This document shows, in pieces, positions 61,762 to 64,000 of a DNA stretch of 64,000 nt (position 1 is its first letter; every line of letters starts with the position of its first letter). Under the pieces are notes generated by a model that saw only the letters and a program-made list of their open reading frames with translations, had not been told where the DNA came from and made no database searches. Source of the DNA: Eledone cirrhosa (Eukaryota); assembly GCA_964016885.1 (NCBI GenBank), contig OZ024743.1, forward strand, positions 57,350,001 to 57,414,000, written 5' to 3'. The position numbers and the translations under genes were made by a program.

Positions 61762-64000
61762 AACATCATTGGATACCATCAAAGTTGCAGGTGTTATATC
61801 AGAGTTTTCCTTCTCCTAGAATTCTGCCTTGACAAAGGCTAAGGGGTCATCTCTCCCATACATACATACATGGTGGCTGCCAACTCGTTTTCGAGTATGG
61901 CCACTACTTTATATCCATGTAGGAGAACTCCTACCGATGCGCTGAACGAGTGTGACTTTTTGGTCCAGCTAGCGACTTGAAAACTCTGGTACAAACATTA
62001 CACTTGTGACAATTATTGACACATAGTGCTGGGCCCATGGTACCATGTGACGACAAGTGCAGAGAGATCTCCAGACATAAAGCAATGCCTGTGCCGTGAA
62101 GCTTTTATAGTGAGCAAAAGCATTGCACAAAGCCAGTCCCACTCTCTTAACCAAGATGATATTTACCAAAAAGAAGAACAATTCAACATCATTGGATACC
62201 ATCAGAGTTGCAGGTGTTATATCAGAGTTTTCCTTCTGCTAGAATTCTGCCTTGACAAAGGCTAAGGGGTCATCTTTCCCGGTGATTTTGGATGGCCATT
62301 GACTCTTAAGAGCTCCTTTGCCCTTTGACAGGTTTTGTTTTTAGTCCTGCAGGATGTCCAAAGTCACCCTCCTCACCAAGAAACCTTGGGGGGTTGCCAG
62401 TTTAGTCGCCAACGACCCAACCATGAGACAGGTTGTACTGGCATACATGTTACCAGTAGCACCAACTGGTGACCTGACATACATACATAAATATATACAT
62501 ACATACATACATAAATACATACATATATACATACATACATACATACATATATATATACATATATATATACATATACATATATATACATACATACATATAT
62601 GGTGGCTGCCAACTTGTTTTCGAGTATGGCCACTACTTTATATCCATGTAGGATAACTACCGATGCGCTGAACGAGTGTGACTTTTTAGTCCAGCCAGCG
62701 ACTTGAAAACTCTGGTACAAACATTACACTTGTGACAATTATTGACACATAGTGCTGGGCCCATGGTACCATGTGATGACAAGTGCAGAGAGATCCCCAG
62801 ACATAAAGCAATGCCTGTGCCGTGAAGCTTTTATAGTGAGCAAAAGCATTGCACAAAGCCAGTCCCACTCTCTTAACCAAGATGATATTTACCAAAAAGA
62901 AGAACAAGTCAACATCATTGGATACCATCAGAGTTGCAGGTGTTATATCAGAGTTTTCCTTCTGCTAGAATTCTGCCTTGACAAAGGCTAAGGGGTCATC
63001 TCTCCCGGTGATTTTGGATGGCCATTGACTCTTAAGAGCTCCTTTGCCCTTTGACAGGTTTTGTTTTTAGTCCTGCAGGATGTCCAAAGTCACCCTCCTC
63101 ACCAAGAAACCTTGGTGCGGTTGCCAGTTTAGTCGCCAACGACCCAACCATAAGACAGGTTGTACTGGCATACATGTTACCAGTAGCACCAACTGGTGAC
63201 CTGACATACATACATAAATATATACATACATACATAAATACATACATATATACATACATACATACATATATATATACATATATATATACATATACATATA
63301 TATACATACATACATATATGGTGGTTGCCAACTTGTTTTCGAGTACGGCCACTACTTTATATCCATGTAGGAGAACCCCTACTGATGCGCTGAACAAGTG
63401 TGACTTTTTAGTCCAGCCAGCAACTTGAGAACTCTGGTACAAACACTACACTTGTGACAATTACTGACACATAGTGCTGGGCCCATGGTACCAGGTGATG
63501 ACAAGTGCAGAGAGATCTCCAGATATAAAGCAATGCCTGTGCCGTGAAGCTTTTATAGTGAGCAAAGGCACTGCACAAAGCCAGTCCCACTCTCTTAACC
63601 AAGATGATATTTACCAAAAAGAAGAACAAGTCAACATCATTGGATACCATCAGAGTTGCAGGTGTTATATCAGAGTTTTCCTTCTCCTAGAATTCTGCCT
63701 TGACAAAGGCTAAGGGGTCATCTCTCCCGGATATTTTGGATGGCCATTGACTCTTAAGAGCTCCTTTGCTCTTTGACTGGTTTTGTTTTTAGTCCTGCAG
63801 GATGTCCAAAGTCACCCTTCTCACCAAGAAACCTTGGTGGGGTTGCCAGTTTAGTCGCCAACGACCCGACCATGGTACAGGTTGTACTGGGATACATGTT
63901 ACCAGTAGCACCAACTCGTGACCTGACATATACATATATACATACATACATACATGGTGGCTGCCAACTCGTTTTCGAGTACGGCCACTACTTTATATCC
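61762..64000 (-). repeat. Tandem array (~722-727 bp period, at least 3 units, runs off the window) of a non-coding RTE-5'UTR-like unit with (TGTA)n tails
   Basis: Unit starts (minus-strand tcaggtca) at 62477, 63204 and 63926. Contains ctaggagaaggaaaactctgatata, a motif recalled from RTE-clade 5'UTRs. Confidence 0.85.

Noticed and set aside
61969-63951. Short repeated ORFs in the 725-bp array
   Set aside because: Present on both strands, several run through (TACA)n tails, and none has an RT or APE motif.

Overview
Eukaryotic, AT-rich, microsatellite-dense and repeat-dominated DNA. The SINE repertoire and simple-repeat load suggest an octopus or other coleoid cephalopod (inference). No host protein-coding gene is recognisable. 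Mobile elements: a frameshifted Naiad-like Penelope element (RT plus GIY-YIG, 1-3.0 kb); two head-to-tail Tx1/L1-clade LINEs in (TCTA)n, one with an intact 1145-aa ORF2, plus truncated relatives; a truncated second Penelope GIY-YIG element; a Chapaev3-like DNA transposon; a probable non-autonomous Helitron; CRE-like LINE fragments; two tRNA-SINE families; and a ~725-bp tandem array built from RTE-like 5'UTR sequence. The most notable signal is a set of type I hammerhead ribozyme (HHR) folds in at least six non-coding repeat families. Most abut (TA)n or similar microsatellites, several are inverted fold-backs, and four carry an unusually long, branched stem II. The best example is a ~559-bp near-identical tandem array (40.2-42.3 kb) with one HHR per unit and an inverted lead copy, resembling a retrozyme or Penelope pLTR. 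A diverged solo copy at 52.5 kb shows compensatory base changes in the ribozyme helices. All folds and alignments were done by eye; none were computed.
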